DNA from: Octopus vulgaris
Lineage: Eukaryota
Length of the DNA stretch: 64,000 nucleotides
Direction: 5' to 3'
Assembly: GCA_951406725.2 (NCBI GenBank)
Contig: OX597814.1
Coordinates: 23,994,001-24,058,000, forward strand
This document shows, piece after piece, positions 1 to 12,864 of the stretch. The position numbers and the translations under genes were made by a program. Each line of letters begins with the position of its first letter. Positions within the stretch are counted from its first letter, which is position 1. The notes under the pieces were generated by a model. The model was given only the letters and a program-made list of their open reading frames with translations, was not told the DNA's origin and searched no databases.

Positions 1-714
1 ATTGTTGCCCAAACTTGTGAGGCAAAACTCAGAGAATATTTAAGATTGTTAATGGATGGTACAAATATTCCTTAATGAATAACGTTTCTTATGTTGAAAT
101 GGAAGCTAGAATTTCTGGTGTTGGAATAGAAACACCAGCTCCAGCATTCAATCCTCAGAAGAGGAGCAGTTGGTAAAAAAGCCAAACATTCTATCTCCAG
201 TTTGGTTTTCCTGCCAGTCCACTCTTATAGTCATGACTGGTGGGTAATTACTTAAAGAGTATGATCATGAATGCAAGTTAACAAAATGAGTTTCCACCAA
301 AAGATCTCTTGAGTAACATTACTTGACAGAGTGTGTAGCTTAGGCCTCAGAAAGCCTGTCCAGGTCAAGCTGCTATTTCTCTGCTTTAAGAGGTCACAGC
401 TCTGATAATGATCACATTTGGTTAGAATGTTACAGGAAGGAATCACAGGATGGATTCTTTAAGCTGTGCCAACTGGCAAATGATCTAGGGGCAGACTATG
501 AATGGTATCCATTTTAATTTGGTCATACTCAGGAATCCAGCAGCAAAGTATAATGACAGCAAAGTATAATTCCAGAAATAGTGGGCAGAAAAGATGGATG
601 GATACCTCAAAGAGATGATTGGTGTAAGGGGAATTGTGGTGTATGAATTACTTTGAGATAGTGCGAATAAGTAATAAGTTCTGAGAGAATGTGCTGGTAG
701 TATTTTATTTACAG

Positions 715-1134
715 GCAGGGAGCTGGCAGAAATGTTAGCCCACCTGACAAGATGCTTAGCGGTATTTCATCTTCCGTTACGTTCTGAGTTCAAATTCAGC
801 TGAGGTCGACTTTGCCTTTCATCCTTTCAGGGTCGATTAAATAAGTACCAGTTATGCACTGGAGTCGATGTAATCGACTTAATCCATTTGTCTGTTCTTG
901 TTTATCCCCTCTGTGTTTAGCCCCTTGTGGGTAGTAAAGAAATAGAAATAGGTATTTTGTCTCCCATGACGTTCTGAGTTCAAATTCTGCCGAGGTCGAC
1001 TTTGCCTTTCATCCTTTCAAGGTCAATAAATTAAGTACCAGTTATGCACTAGGGCTGATGTAATTGACTTAATCCCGTTGTCTGTCCTTGTTTGTCCCCT
1101 CTATGTTTAGCCTCTGGTGGGCAATAAAGAAATA
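715..1134 (+). mobile_element. Family A SINE (tRNA-like head, Meta/RUDI-like central domain), tandem dimer
   Basis: Head ggcagggagctggcagaa...gagttcaaattc. Core gactttgcctttcatcctttc-ggtcgat-aagtacc occurs twice. A 16-bp direct repeat agtattttatttacag lies at 699-714 and 1135-1150. Confidence 0.85.
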
Positions 1135-2432
1135 AGTATTTTATTTACAGATAGGTAGAGAAAGGTTAATACTGGTTTGTGCACTCAAATACCTTAGGTT
1201 AGCAAAACTCCCTTACTTTCTACCAGGTGGAAATGTAATAACCAAAACTGCAATAGCTCTAATAAATTTTAACCAGGAATAATGTAATTTGTACCCACCC
1301 ATACATAGTAGTGAGGTTAACTCTTAAAATAGTGGGCCATTCAAGCAAGATGACTAAAGGATTAAAGTGAGTGATGATATGCTGAAGCAAAATGAATGTT
1401 AAAATGATGTTGGTTTTGTGTATTTATTAATGTGTATATTTTCCAGCTGTCCTTGCTTGCTTCCTAAATTTACAATGTTTTATCAGCTCTTCTGATGAAG
1501 CGTGGGCTACGGCAGTTATGAAATTATTTTATCACCAATGGAAATATTGTAGCAGCAATATTATATGGAAGTGACACTGCTCAGTGTATGTTGCTATGGT
1601 TATTCTTTTTCTTTCTCTCTCTCTCTCTCTCTCTATGGATTAAATGTTGAAATAAAAAATATCTTAATAGCTACGCAAATCCTAGAGAAAGATAAAGAGA
1701 AAATTATTATGTTAGCAAATATTTGTTTTCTGTTAATGTTATTTTCTCATAATCTTATTTCATTTAGTTTATTTTAAAATCTGTTAAACTAATATTAGTT
1801 TTAGGGATCACATAACACCTAGGTAGGGATTTTTTTTATCTCTTATAAATTGATTGGCCAGCATTCTCTCCCACACACACACATACTTCAAGATCATCGA
1901 CAACCACTTTCACATGCATCACAGCCTGCAGAGTTGTTCTGAGTGTAGGTTAATGACATCTATATTATGAAGTGATATTTTTTGTTATTACATAGAATAA
2001 TTACTTTTAATTTTATAATACTTGTTAATTATGCAAGATTTACAAAAGCTAGAATTTAAAATGCAAAATGAAACAACTGCAAAAAGAAATAAGAAACATC
2101 CAATGCTTAATTGCACAATTGTTTAAACCAAAAGGCTGAAGTAGTTGGCTGTCACAGAACATATTTGCTGAGGACATTTTTAAATCTATGATTTCAGAAA
2201 CATTTTTATCACTTTTGAACATTTCAATTTGATACATGTTCCTCTAGTGAATGTGTATCAGTGCATTCATTTAATTATTCATTCATTTTATTATGTACAC
2301 TCAAAGTTTTTGTAATACTAAAGGAAATATTGGTTTCAAATTTTTGACACAAGGCCAGCAATTTTAGGGGATGGGATAAGTTGATTACTAAAAGTGCTGC
2401 TAAAAGAAATGTTAACATATATTCGGACTTAA

Positions 2433-2851
2433 AAATTTGATGACTGGCATCCGTGCTAGTGGAGCACTAAGAGCACCATCCGAGTGTGATCGTTGCCAGA
2501 GCGGCTAACTGGCGTTCGTGCCAGTGGCACGTAAAAATCACCATTCGAGCGTGATTTTTACCAGCGTCACTTTACTGGCACTTGTGCCGGTGTGCAGGTG
2601 ACATATAAAAAAAAAAACATGATTTTTCTGTGACCATTGCTAGTACCACCTGACTGGCCTTTGTGTTGGTGGCACATAAAAGCACCCACTACACTCTCGG
2701 GGTGGTTGGCGCTAGGATGAGCATCCAGCTGTAGAAACTCTGCTAGATCAGATAGGAGTCTAGTGTAGCCATCTGGTTTGCCAGACCTCAGTCAAATCGT
2801 TCAACCCATGCTAGCATGGAAAGCAGACGTTCAACGATAATGCTGATGATG
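2433..2851 (+). mobile_element. Family D: RTE-LINE 3' UTR/tail fragment with internal tandem palindromic units
   Basis: Repeated actggc..gtgcc(a/g)gtggcacgtaaaa units, then cactctcgg..ggttggc..gcatccagctgtagaaac..aacccatgctagcatggaaa, and a (GAT)n tail. The same tail follows RTE ORF ends at 8.2 kb and 46.6 kb. Confidence 0.8.
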
Positions 2852-2985
2852 GTGGCGAGCTGGCTGAAACGTTAGCAAAATCAAGTACCAGTTACACACT
2901 GGGGTCGATGTAATCGACTTAATCCGTTTGTCTGTCCTTGTTTGTCCCCTCTGTGTTTAGCCCCTTGTGGGTAGTAAAGAAATAG
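2852..2985 (+). mobile_element. Family A SINE, internally deleted
   Basis: The ggcgagctggctgaaacgttagc head is joined directly to the aagtaccagttacacactggggtcgatg...gtgggtagtaaagaaatag tail. Confidence 0.75.
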
Positions 2986-3449
2986 ATGATGATGCTTTAT
3001 TTTTCAACATGGCATTTTGTATGAATGTATGAGTTTTCTCTGAATTTTCTTTAAGTTCCTCTTGAGAGTGTTCAAGCTGATTACTAACAGAGGCAAGACT
3101 TTTTAAGCTAAGAGAGTTCTCAGTGTTTGTAAATATGTGGTTGAGTTGGTGTGCTGGTTGAACTGTTGATGCATACACCTGAATGTGTGCATCTATTTAC
3201 ATAAGAATCTCAGATGGAAACTTTTGGAATACTTTCCAAATTTTCACTGTGCCACAAATAGATTGGATTTAGCAAACCCAGATCAGTTTCTTTTGCTCTT
3301 TCTCTGTGAATCCAAATATATTTAGGCTTTTGTGCAAATTTGTTGGTACATAACCTCAAGCACTGATGATGATGAATACAAATAAGAATTCATAGTCAGG
3401 GTACAAGAGCTCTAAGTTCTGCATTGATATTGTAATAATTATGTCTGCT

Positions 3450-3481
<32 letters not shown>

Positions 3482-3685
3482 TGTATGTATGTATGTATGT
3501 ATGTATGTGTGTGTGTGTGTGTGTGTGTGCATGTATGTATGTGTGCATGTATGTATGCATGTCTGTATGTATGTATGTATGTATGTATGTATGTATGTGT
3601 GCATGTATGTATGTGTGCATGCATGTATGCATGTCTGTCTGTCTGTCTGTCTGTATGTATGTGTGCAAGCATGTATGTATGTATG
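3450..3685. repeat. Compound (TATG)n/(TG)n/(TGTC)n microsatellite
   Basis: Directly visible. It produces the spurious MYVC/HTYI ORFs. Confidence 0.95.
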
Positions 3686-3959
3686 AAATTTGAGTTTTGA
3701 TTCATTTATTTTTAATGTGTTTAAGATTTCCTTATTGCTATGAGTTGGACAAAACATTTTGTAGCACAAGATGTCCTTCTACAACAAGATGACCTTCCTG
3801 AAACCAGTCCCTTTTTTCACATCTGGTAAGACGTATGCATGGATGACATCTATATGAGTGAATTAAGGGTGACATGCAGTGCTCTTATCAATATAGGAGG
3901 GAATAAATTTGGAAGGGATCAGATATTAATGTAGTGGTTTTAGATATTTTTGGATCTGA

Positions 3960-4110
3960 TAAAATGGGGTTTGAAAGCACTCCATTATTGCACATCTTGG
4001 AGTGACATTTGATGAAGCTTTCAATCTACATGGTTAGCATTCAGTTAATTGCAAAAGCGGGAAGCTTTGTGAGACACTGCTGAAGGTTATTGTAGCTGAA
4101 ATTATAAATG
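3960..4110 (-). mobile_element. Highly decayed CR1-group LINE reverse transcriptase fragment
   Basis: Minus-strand translation HKLPAFAIN*MLTM*IESFIK...NGVLSNP resembles the LLHKL..G....W..SFL..R...NG..S segment of CR1-type RT. Broken by stops and frameshifts. Confidence 0.4.
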
Positions 4111-4377
4111 GCAAGAGACGGGAAAGTTCTTAACAGAACTGTGATATTGAAGAGAGCTCTCTTGTGTATTTCGTTATATCTTTGAAGAAGAGCTTTCTAG
4201 ATATTTCCATCAATATAAATACATGGAAATAGTGAGAAACCTCTTCTTCAAACATGTAGCAATGTACACATGATATTTCTTTTCCGTATATCCATGTATT
4301 GTGCATGTGTTAATACACACACACGCATATGTATGTATATAAAAAAAATGCTGCATGTATATAAATATATGTGATAT

Positions 4378-4585
4378 ATTCTTTTATTTGCTTCAGTTGT
4401 TTGACTGTAGCCATGCTGGAGCACTGCCTTTTGGTTGAAGAATTTTACCCCAGAACTTATTCTTTGTAAGCCTGGTACTTATTCTATCGATCTCTGTTGC
4501 TGAAGTGCTAAGTTACAGGGACATAAACACACCAACATCAGTTATGAAGCAATGGTTGGGGGGACAAACACAGACACAAAGACAC
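4378..4585 (-). mobile_element. Family B SINE, 3' half
   Basis: Reverse complement of the B tail (gtccc..taacttagc..gatagaataagtacc..gctccagcatggc..cagtcaa..actgaa). Confidence 0.75.
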
Positions 4586-7500
4586 GCTTCTGAAAATATA
4601 TATTATATATACATGTATGTGTGTTTTATTTAATAAACACAATATACATAACATATATTGTGTTTATAAAATATGATGAAGCAAAATATTTCTGATAGTT
4701 CCAAAGTCTGGTGCTCTAATGATATTTAAATATGTCAAATTTTTGAAAATTGCTGGACTGTTCTTGTACTTTAGCAGTTTCTTATACTAAAGTTTTATAT
4801 GTCACATAATTGTAATAAAATATTTTGTCTCAACATAATTAAAATAGTTTGTTGATACTTGTTTTTCTGTTTTTATCAAATTATCTTCCAAACTTTGCCA
4901 TTGGTTGGTCTCATTTTAGGTAAAAAATCTTATTGTGTCTCTTTTTTCATTCCATTACCTATGCACATCACTGCTGATACGATGTTTATTTTTCAGTTCC
5001 ACCACATCTGGTAACACATATGTGATGAATCATAACCTGACCAATATCAATATATATAATAATTCCTTTTATAATTTTGAAAGTGGGATATAGCTGGATC
5101 AGAACTGCTGGGAAATTATATCTCTACTACTATAGAATAAAAGCAGAAATAAAGGATGCATAAACATGGTGGAAAAAGCATAAAAAGAGAGAATATGGAA
5201 AAGGCCATGAGACAGAAATAAGCAAAAATGTACATTATGTGAAAGATCAATAAAATTAAGGACAAAACAGGGGTATAGAGAAGACATAAATAAATAAAAG
5301 TAGGAAAAGGAAGGTGATTTCAATGTTTGCTATGAATGGAGAAAGAGCTTTTCATCTTTCTATGCATAGTCTTGAATGCAGAGGGACACTATTGTCAGTT
5401 TATAGTCTAAGCCTGTCAGTCAAGTGTGAGGAGAAACAGGTTGTAAGGATGGATACTATTGAGCACATCAGCATCACTGATGCCATGCATGATTTGCGTA
5501 ACTGTGCTTGTAATTAGATTTTCAGTGTGACTGCATTTGTGAAAGGGTGACAAACGAGAGAGAATATCTGAAAAATAAGGGAAGTTCCCTGAAGCACTTG
5601 TGAAACTGTTGAAGGAAAGACAGCTGATGTGTAGACTTCCCTGGGTTTGAAGTGCAAGCTTTAAATCTTTAGATCCTGATATTGTGATGGCAGACTGATA
5701 CCTGGCATCAATTTCAAAACCGTACTATATTGCTTATTTTAATTTCTCAATATTTACAAAAGATTATGAAAAGGTGGTGGTGGTTATGATGCTGGTGGTT
5801 GTTGTTGCAGTGGTGGTGCCTGATGTGAGAATGCGGTGATAAAATATTACAACTCATTCGTTTTACTGCAGAATCCGTTGAAGAGTTATGATGGTTGTGA
5901 AGTCGTCATACGCAGGAATTCTGTTACATGATAGGAGTAGGTGGTAGCAGTGATAATAGCAAAATTTTTATAATTGAATGAATGGCTATCACAGCAGTGA
6001 CGAACAGAGAGCTGTTGCTGCCAGATAACTTTCATATTGGAGGTAGGGGTAAAAGTAATGTGAATGTCCTAGCTTTAGTGATTAAAAAAGTATATCAAAT
6101 AGTTTTAACAGTGGTACACACTGTAGCAGTTCCTGTTGCCTTAACGTAAACTACTGCAGCAGCTGTAGTAGTAATAGGGGTTGAAGAACTGCTGCTGTTA
6201 AATAGATGTAGCAACAATAAGGACAGAGAACTGTTTTAATAGAAGTTTTGCTTTAAAAGTGTAGGGTTGAATATTTTTATGAAGTATTATGTTTGTGAGT
6301 TTGTGTAATGGATATTTGAATTAAAGGGGAAACTTTTATTTGGAAAATGTTTAAAATAAATAATGAGAACATGAAGAAAGTTTCTGTAATTTTAATCTGT
6401 ACTAATGTACTTACACTTAACAGCAGGTGTTAAATTAGGGCATTATTTTTTTTTTTTTTTTCTCTTAATATCAGAAGTGAATCTATCGAACAAACTTATG
6501 AGGAATTTTAAAACAACCATTATAACCTGATACATAGCAGAATGTTGTCTGAAATTCATTGTGCCCATGTGTGCTATTTAGAGGCATACAATTTATACTG
6601 AGCTGTTTAGATGATATCTCAAAGGATTTTACATTTTCATAGAATTAGAAATTGCATTTTGCATTAGTGGTTGATGAAAGTGCCATCAGATATAATGTAA
6701 GCCTTAATGAATTTGTTTTGTAATTTGCCTTTATCTCTCCCTCTGAATATTAGATTTTCACTTGTTGCTGGATAATAAATCTCTATAACAAGTGGATTAA
6801 AACATTTTAAAAGTGTTAGAAATATCGAAGTAAACAAGGGCACTGGAAGGTAAAATTGATAGAGTGCATCAAAATAGCTCTTTCTGTATTTAATTACATC
6901 CTTATATGTTCTGGGTTCAAATTCCAACAATACACACCATGCCGTATACTCTTTCATACCATTCAGTCATTGGGGGTTAATCTAATTTAGTCACTACAAA
7001 ATGTGTAGCCTTGTGTTGAAGTCAAGTCGATATCAGAATAAATAAGTCTCTGAAAAGATGGTTTTATTTAAATGTTCCATCACTAGAATGTGATTGTTAG
7101 TAGAAAATTTTATTGTAAAAAACAAAATATAACATTGAAGAATATTGTAAAAACTGTTTACATTTGATTTTTGTCAATAAATTGATTGGAACAGTTCAAT
7201 ACTTATAAAGCTAAAGTAATACTTCTTCATATCTAAAGTTGACAGTTTTGGCATTTCCTTGTCTAGCTTTGCTATTTACCAATTTATTATAGTATTATAA
7301 GTTTATTCAATTTGTAAAATGTTTAGTCTGAGAAGCATTAAAAACTGTAGCTAATCTTACAGACCTTGTGCAAAACATTTTCTATCAATTTTACACCTTT
7401 GCAATAATATTTGTCTAAGTAATATAAGTGAAAACATCTTGCATTACTTGTAATGTAATATGAATCCGTATAACTTCATACAAATGAAATTGAATTGAAA

Positions 7501-7904
7501 ATTTTCTGAGTAAAAGTAATTATTGTCTCTACTCAAATGATTTATTTTATATATGGCCCCTTAACCAAAATTCTTGACTGATATTCATTGATATCAGATG
7601 TGACTCTAAGCAATCATTGGTGATAGAAATGGATTTTTATATACTTATGTAAACTAATTATAAAGGTCTGCATCTTGATGAAGGTAGGTAAAATGAATGG
7701 TTGCACAGTGGGGTACAGGAATAAATTATTTCATGTCCTACTGGAAGGGAGATCTCTTCTAGTCAAGTGGTATTATATGATCCAAAATAGTCTAACAGCA
7801 TGTATGACTAAGATTAGAAAGCACAGTTAAAAACTGGACAGTAGTTCATCATTAGAAACATAACAGGTTTCAGATTACAATATTAATGAAACTAAGGTGA
7901 CAAG

Positions 7905-8153
7905 TGGAGGCATGTGGCTTAGTGGTTAGGGTGTCAGCATCATGATTGTAAGATTGTAGTTTCGATTCCTGGACCGGGCAACGCGTTGTGTTCTTGAGCA
8001 AAACACTTCATTTCACATTGCTCCAGTCCACTCAGCTAGCAAAAATGAGTAACGCTGCGATGGACTGGTGTCCTGTCCAGCTGGGGAACACATATGCCAT
8101 TGAAACTGGGAAGCCTGGCTAGGCTTTAAAAGGGCACATTTATTTTATTTATT
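7905..8153 (+). mobile_element. Family C tRNA-derived SINE
   Basis: A box tggcttagtgg, B box gtttcgattcc, central gtgttcttgagcaaaacacttc, and a (TTTA)n tail. Direct repeat taaggtgaca at 7893-7902 and 8154-8163. Confidence 0.85.
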
Positions 8154-8164
8154 TAAGGTGACAT

Positions 8165-8552
8165 ACAACATGGAGGAAATGTATTGATACTGAACCTTTT
8201 GATACTGAGATGACAAAGGACTGAGATGCATAGTGCCTTGCTGTACTTAAGAACTCCCATACTCCACAGCAGAAGTGTTAAGGTTGCTTCCCCTGATGAA
8301 GAGGGTTGGCCTACAAGAGTCCTGTGCTAATGCCATACAAAAGGCACTTGTGCTGGTTTCACGTTAAAGCGCTCATGCAGTTCCACATAAAAGCACCCAG
8401 CACACTCTGTAAAGTATTTGGAATTAGGGAGGACATTTCAGCTGTAGAAACCATGCTACATTGGACTGGAGCTTGTTGCAGTTTCTATGGCTTGCCAGCT
8501 CTGGTCAAACGATCCCAGCATGGACAACAGATGTTAAATGATGATGATGATG
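8165..8552 (+). mobile_element. Decayed RTE LINE 3' end (ORF C-terminus plus D-type UTR)
   Basis: Translation EMTKD*DA*CLAVLK resembles the RTE C-terminal EMT.DR..WR.AVL motif. It is followed by a D-type UTR and (GAT)n. Confidence 0.6.
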
Positions 8553-8624
8553 TACATATATTCATTTTGTGAAGTTAACTGATAAATTTATATGTTGCAG
8601 AAAAAAGTGTTATACATACGTGAA

Positions 8625-8938
8625 AGTGTGGCTTTGTGTTTAGGGTATTTGGCTCAATCATAAGGTTATGAGTTCAGTTCCCAGTGACGCATTGTGTCCT
8701 TGAGCTAGACACTTTATTTCATATTGCTCCAGTCCACTCAGCTGGAAAAAATGAGTAGTACCTGTATTTCAAATGGCTAGCCTTGTCACATTCTGTGTCA
8801 CACCGAATTTCCCTGTGAACTACATTAAGGGTACACATGTCTGTGGAGTGCTCGGCCACTTGCATGTTAATTTCACGAGCAAGCTGTTCCATTGATCAGA
8901 TCAACTGGAATCCTCGTCGTCGTAACCAACTGAGTGCC
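8625..8938 (+). mobile_element. Family C SINE variant with alternative 3' tail
   Basis: Same gtgtccttgagc..acacttt..ttgctccagtccactcagct..aaaaatgagta body as family C, then a different tail (gcatgttaatttcacgagc...cgtaacc). That tail recurs at about 50380-50575. Confidence 0.75.
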
Positions 8939-10089
8939 TGAATCTGATCAAAGGTCATTTTGAGTGTTACACTGGATACAAACAAAGATATTGAGGTCAA
9001 CATAAAAGAAAATAAGATATATTTGTAATCTGCTTGAAATAGATTGAGCAATTGATTTCTTGACCATCGTAAACAGGTTTTGTTATTTAAGACAGCTGAA
9101 ATATAAGGGAATAAACAACCAGTTGTGTTCTGTAGTGCTCTACTGAGTTCTGGTTCAGAGGAAAGCAATGGAAAAGCTTGTTATTGTGCTAATTAGATTG
9201 ATGCCAAAGAAGTAAGAATAAGAATTTTGCCTTATATAGTCAAAATGACTGCCAGAATATTTTACTTCTGTTGGTTAATAAAATCAGTGAAACATAATAA
9301 ACTACTTGAACATCTCCTATAGAATGAGGGGTTGTTATAATGGAAATCTGTTTATCACCACTAATACTTGCCTCACTTCATATCCCATAAAATATTTCCA
9401 GCTTCTATAAGCCAATGAGTGCACAGTTATATATCTGTAAAATATTTACTTCAGAGATCTAGATGAAACGAATTTTATCATATTTATCTCCTAAATATTA
9501 GAGTAACAAAACCACAAAATATAGATAGAAATGCTTACTGAACATTTTGATCAATAAACTGTCTTTGCCTAATGTCTGTTCAAATAGAGTTGAATAAGGT
9601 TACTAACTACACCAACACTAACCTACATAGAATTTCTATTCCTTATGAATATTTCAGTTATATTTTTCCTATCGGTCATTGGTATAATTTTGCATGTTTT
9701 ACTAGAAAGATATTTTAGTAAACCATATCAAAACCTCTCCTTAAATAAAGCCAAAATTCTGTTGACGAGCTTTGTAAAAATTTATCAAAGGAACTTTTCT
9801 ATAAAGTCACAGGTGACTGCTACTTGCGGTAAACTACTTACTTTATGAATTATGAATAAATAAATATATGGATGTATATCCATATAATTTCACTGTGAGA
9901 TCAAATATGTATGGATATACAGCTATATATTTATTCACTGACAACATTGCATTGGCACTCTTGTAACTAGTGTTTGATCATCAAACATATACCATTATAC
10001 AAAAGAGATCCCTTAATCACAAGTTTTGCTTGTGTTTTAAGCCTTCTTCATCTTGCAGTGAGCAAGCTTGAGAAACTGTTATATAATAA

Positions 10090-10310
10090 TGGTTTCAAAT
10101 TTTGGCACAGAAGCAACAGTATTTTTGTTTTTAATTGAAGACAAAGTCAATTACATCAGCCCTGATACTTGACTGACCCTTATTTTATTGACCCTGAAAG
10201 GATGTAAAGAACGTTGACCTTATCAGAATTTGATCTCAGAACATAGAAAGACAAAATGCCAATAAGCATTTTGTCTAGCATGCTAACAGTTCTGTCAGGT
10301 CACTGCCTTT
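10090..10310 (-). mobile_element. Family A SINE variant, decayed
   Basis: Reverse complement of the A core (ttattgaccctgaaaggatg..gttgacct..gaattt..tcagaac). Confidence 0.6.
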
Positions 10311-10600
10311 AACTGCTAAATAATAACATTGCTTTGATCTAAGGCTGAAAATCTTTATGAACCAGGTTTCACAACATTAAATATGTATGGATTCAAGCTG
10401 GTATATTTATACATTTTTACACTAGATGATTAAAGGAATTTTAAAGTGTTGTAATATAATCATTGGATACTTTATTGTGTTGGAATTGTTTAACTCAGAA
10501 ATTTAAGCTTTGCAAAATGCTCTGTTCCAAAACCTAGAATTTATATTATTGGGAATGGCCGTGTAAAGAATCCTCACTGAAATTGCAAAATATTAAAACA

Positions 10601-10835
10601 GCCTCCTCCCCCTCCCCCTCGTCCTCCTCGTTCTCCTTCTCTACCTCCACCTCGTCCTCCTCTTTCTCCACCTCCTCCTTCTCCTCGTCCTCCTCCTCCT
10701 CCCATTTTCATCCTCTTCCCCTCCCATTCTCCTCTTTCCCCCTCCCATTCTCCTCTTTTCCTCTCCCCTGCCCCCTCCTCTTCCTCCCCTTTCTCCTCTC
10801 CTCTCTCCGCCCCCCTCCTCCTCATCATCATTGTC
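10601..10835. repeat. Polypyrimidine (CCT/CT-rich) low-complexity tract
   Basis: About 230 nt made almost entirely of C and T on the + strand. Confidence 0.9.
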
Positions 10836-11436
10836 ATCATATAATGTCCACTTTTCTGTACTTGCATGGGTCAGACAGAATTTATTGAAGCAGATTTCCT
10901 ATGGCCAGTTGCACCTCTTGTTGCCAGTGTGCTTCAATAATAATAATAATAATAATAATAATTATCTGTTTACAAAGACTGAATTCTATCTTTATCTATT
11001 ATATTAGTCTTAATAATGGTGAGCTAACTGAAGAAATATGGCAAGTGTAATTTTCAGTTTCCTTAGAAAGATTGGTACATACATAGGCATAGGAGTAAGT
11101 TTGAGATTGGCAATGGAAATTTCAGTGGGTCAAAGAGAAAATAAGAAAAAAGGAATTGTAGGCATAAATTTCTTTTAAATGTATAAATCATTAAATGCAT
11201 TTAACTTATATCTAAAAACATATCAATAATATCTTTAGTTATTGAAATCTGATTTAGTTAATATTCTTTGACAAGAATTATAAATTCTTTCAAATTAATA
11301 CCTTTAATACCAAGCTATAATAATAATCATCATATTTTGCAATATTTCTAATATAAGTAGAAAACATGCATAATGGCTTAGTAATTTCTCTCAGAATATA
11401 TGATTTAAACTAAGTCAATCAAAGTTGCATGTGTAC

Positions 11437-12380
11437 ATAGGTGCAAGGGTAGCTCTGTGGTAAGACGTTTACTTCCTAAGCACAAGGTTCTGGGTTCTGT
11501 CCCATCATGTGGCTCCTTGGTCAAGCATTTTCTACCATAACCTTTGTCTGACTCAAGCCCTGTGAGTGGATATGGTAGATGGAAAATGAAAGAATCCTAG
11601 TGTATGTATGTATGTATCTATGTTTGTGTGTATGTATGATAGTGCATATGTATGTATGTTTGTGTATATGTATGATAGTGTGTATGTATGTATCAGGGAT
11701 GTGCTGTCTAGGTAGACAAGGTAGGCAGTGCCCACCTGGGATAAAATAGATCAATAACAACATTTTCCTTTTGTGGCAAAATATACACCTAATTCAATAA
11801 AATCATAAAGGTTACTCTGATTACTATGCATAAAATGCAAAATATTTTATTCTTTTATAAATTAGGTAGACATAATTTGTCCCTGCTTTTCAAACTCAGT
11901 ATTTAAGCTATGCATAGTACCGCTGTAGTACACATGCTGCATACATTCCTACAACAATGTTTTCTTTACGTGCTATAAAGGCAGAAGTAAATCTGCCTAC
12001 AACTCAGTCACACACCTGTGTTTCACTTATTTCTTGCGTGTTTTACTACATAAATGTCACCAACTGCCTACTTTGAGTAATTACTGATAGCACGTGCTTG
12101 GTATGTATGTATGTATGTATGCATGCATGCATGTATGTATGCATGTATGTATGTATGCATATGTGCATGTTGCTGTGTTTGTGCTCCCACCATCACTTGA
12201 CAACCAGAGTTTGTTTGTTAATGCCCATGTAACTTAGCAGTTCAGCAAAAAGATATCAATAGAATAAGTACCAATCTTAAAGGAACGTAAATACAGGGGC
12301 CAATTCGTTCTAATATAACCCTTCAGGGCAGTGTTCCTGCATGGCCACAGGCTAATAAGTGAAGCAAGTAAAAATGAAAG
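11437..12380 (+). mobile_element. Family B SINE (tRNA head, CORE-like domain, internal microsatellite), interrupted by a MITE
   Basis: Head taggtgcaagggtagctctgtggtaag..gggttc..ccttggtcaagc at about 11437-11600. Internal (TATG)n. Tail at about 12170-12380. Confidence 0.7.
11694..12100. mobile_element. Non-autonomous hAT-like MITE
   Basis: Imperfect TIRs cagggatgtgctgtc / gatagcacgtgcttg. Subterminal inverted motif aaggtaggcagtg / caactgcctacttt. The 8-mer gtatgtat flanks both ends, but it lies in a microsatellite and is weak TSD evidence. Confidence 0.6.
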
Positions 12381-12832
12381 GTATGTACAAGTATGTGTAT
12401 ATAAATCTTTTATCTTTTGCTTGTTTCACTCATTAGACTGTGGCCATGCTGGGGCACTGACTTGAATTTTTTTGTTGACTGAATCAAACCTCATTACTTA
12501 TTTTTTAAGCCTGGTACTTATTCTATCAGTCTCTTTTGCCAAACTGCTAAGTAATGGGGATGCAAACACACCGGCACCAGTTGTCAAGCAGTGGTGGGGA
12601 GACAAACACAGACACAAAGACACACTCACACTGATAGATACACATACATGCATACACACATACATACATACATGCATATATACATACATACATACATACA
12701 TACATACATACATACATACATACAAACATATATACATACATACATGCATGCATGCATATATACATATATACATGCATACATGCATGCATGCATGCATGCA
12801 TACATACATACATACATACATATATACATACA

Positions 12833-12864
<32 letters not shown>

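Noticed and set aside
541-570. Short tandem duplications (cagcaaagtataat x2; also about 46951-46988)
   Set aside because: Ordinary slippage duplications with no further structure.
1-690. Possible ancient LINE endonuclease relic
   Set aside because: Only faint motif echoes on the minus strand. No continuous alignment could be made by eye.
2957-3178. 73-aa minus-strand ORF with plausible composition
   Set aside because: No recognisable domain, it runs into a SINE tail, and there is no convincing splice-site pair.
3363-3400. CTGATGA followed by a short stem (also at about 18290 on -, 21358 and 37289)
   Set aside because: No correctly placed GAAA or stem I. The 37289 hit lies within the RLE-LINE coding relic (LMRHN).
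3396-3769. Overlapping MYVC/HTYI ORFs, also at about 12.5, 18, 37, 44 and 51 kb
   Set aside because: Translations of stop-free (TATG)n, (TA)n and (TG)n microsatellites, not genes.
10574-10888. Gly/Glu/Arg-rich and Ser/Pro-rich ORFs
   Set aside because: Read-through of a low-complexity CCT tract.
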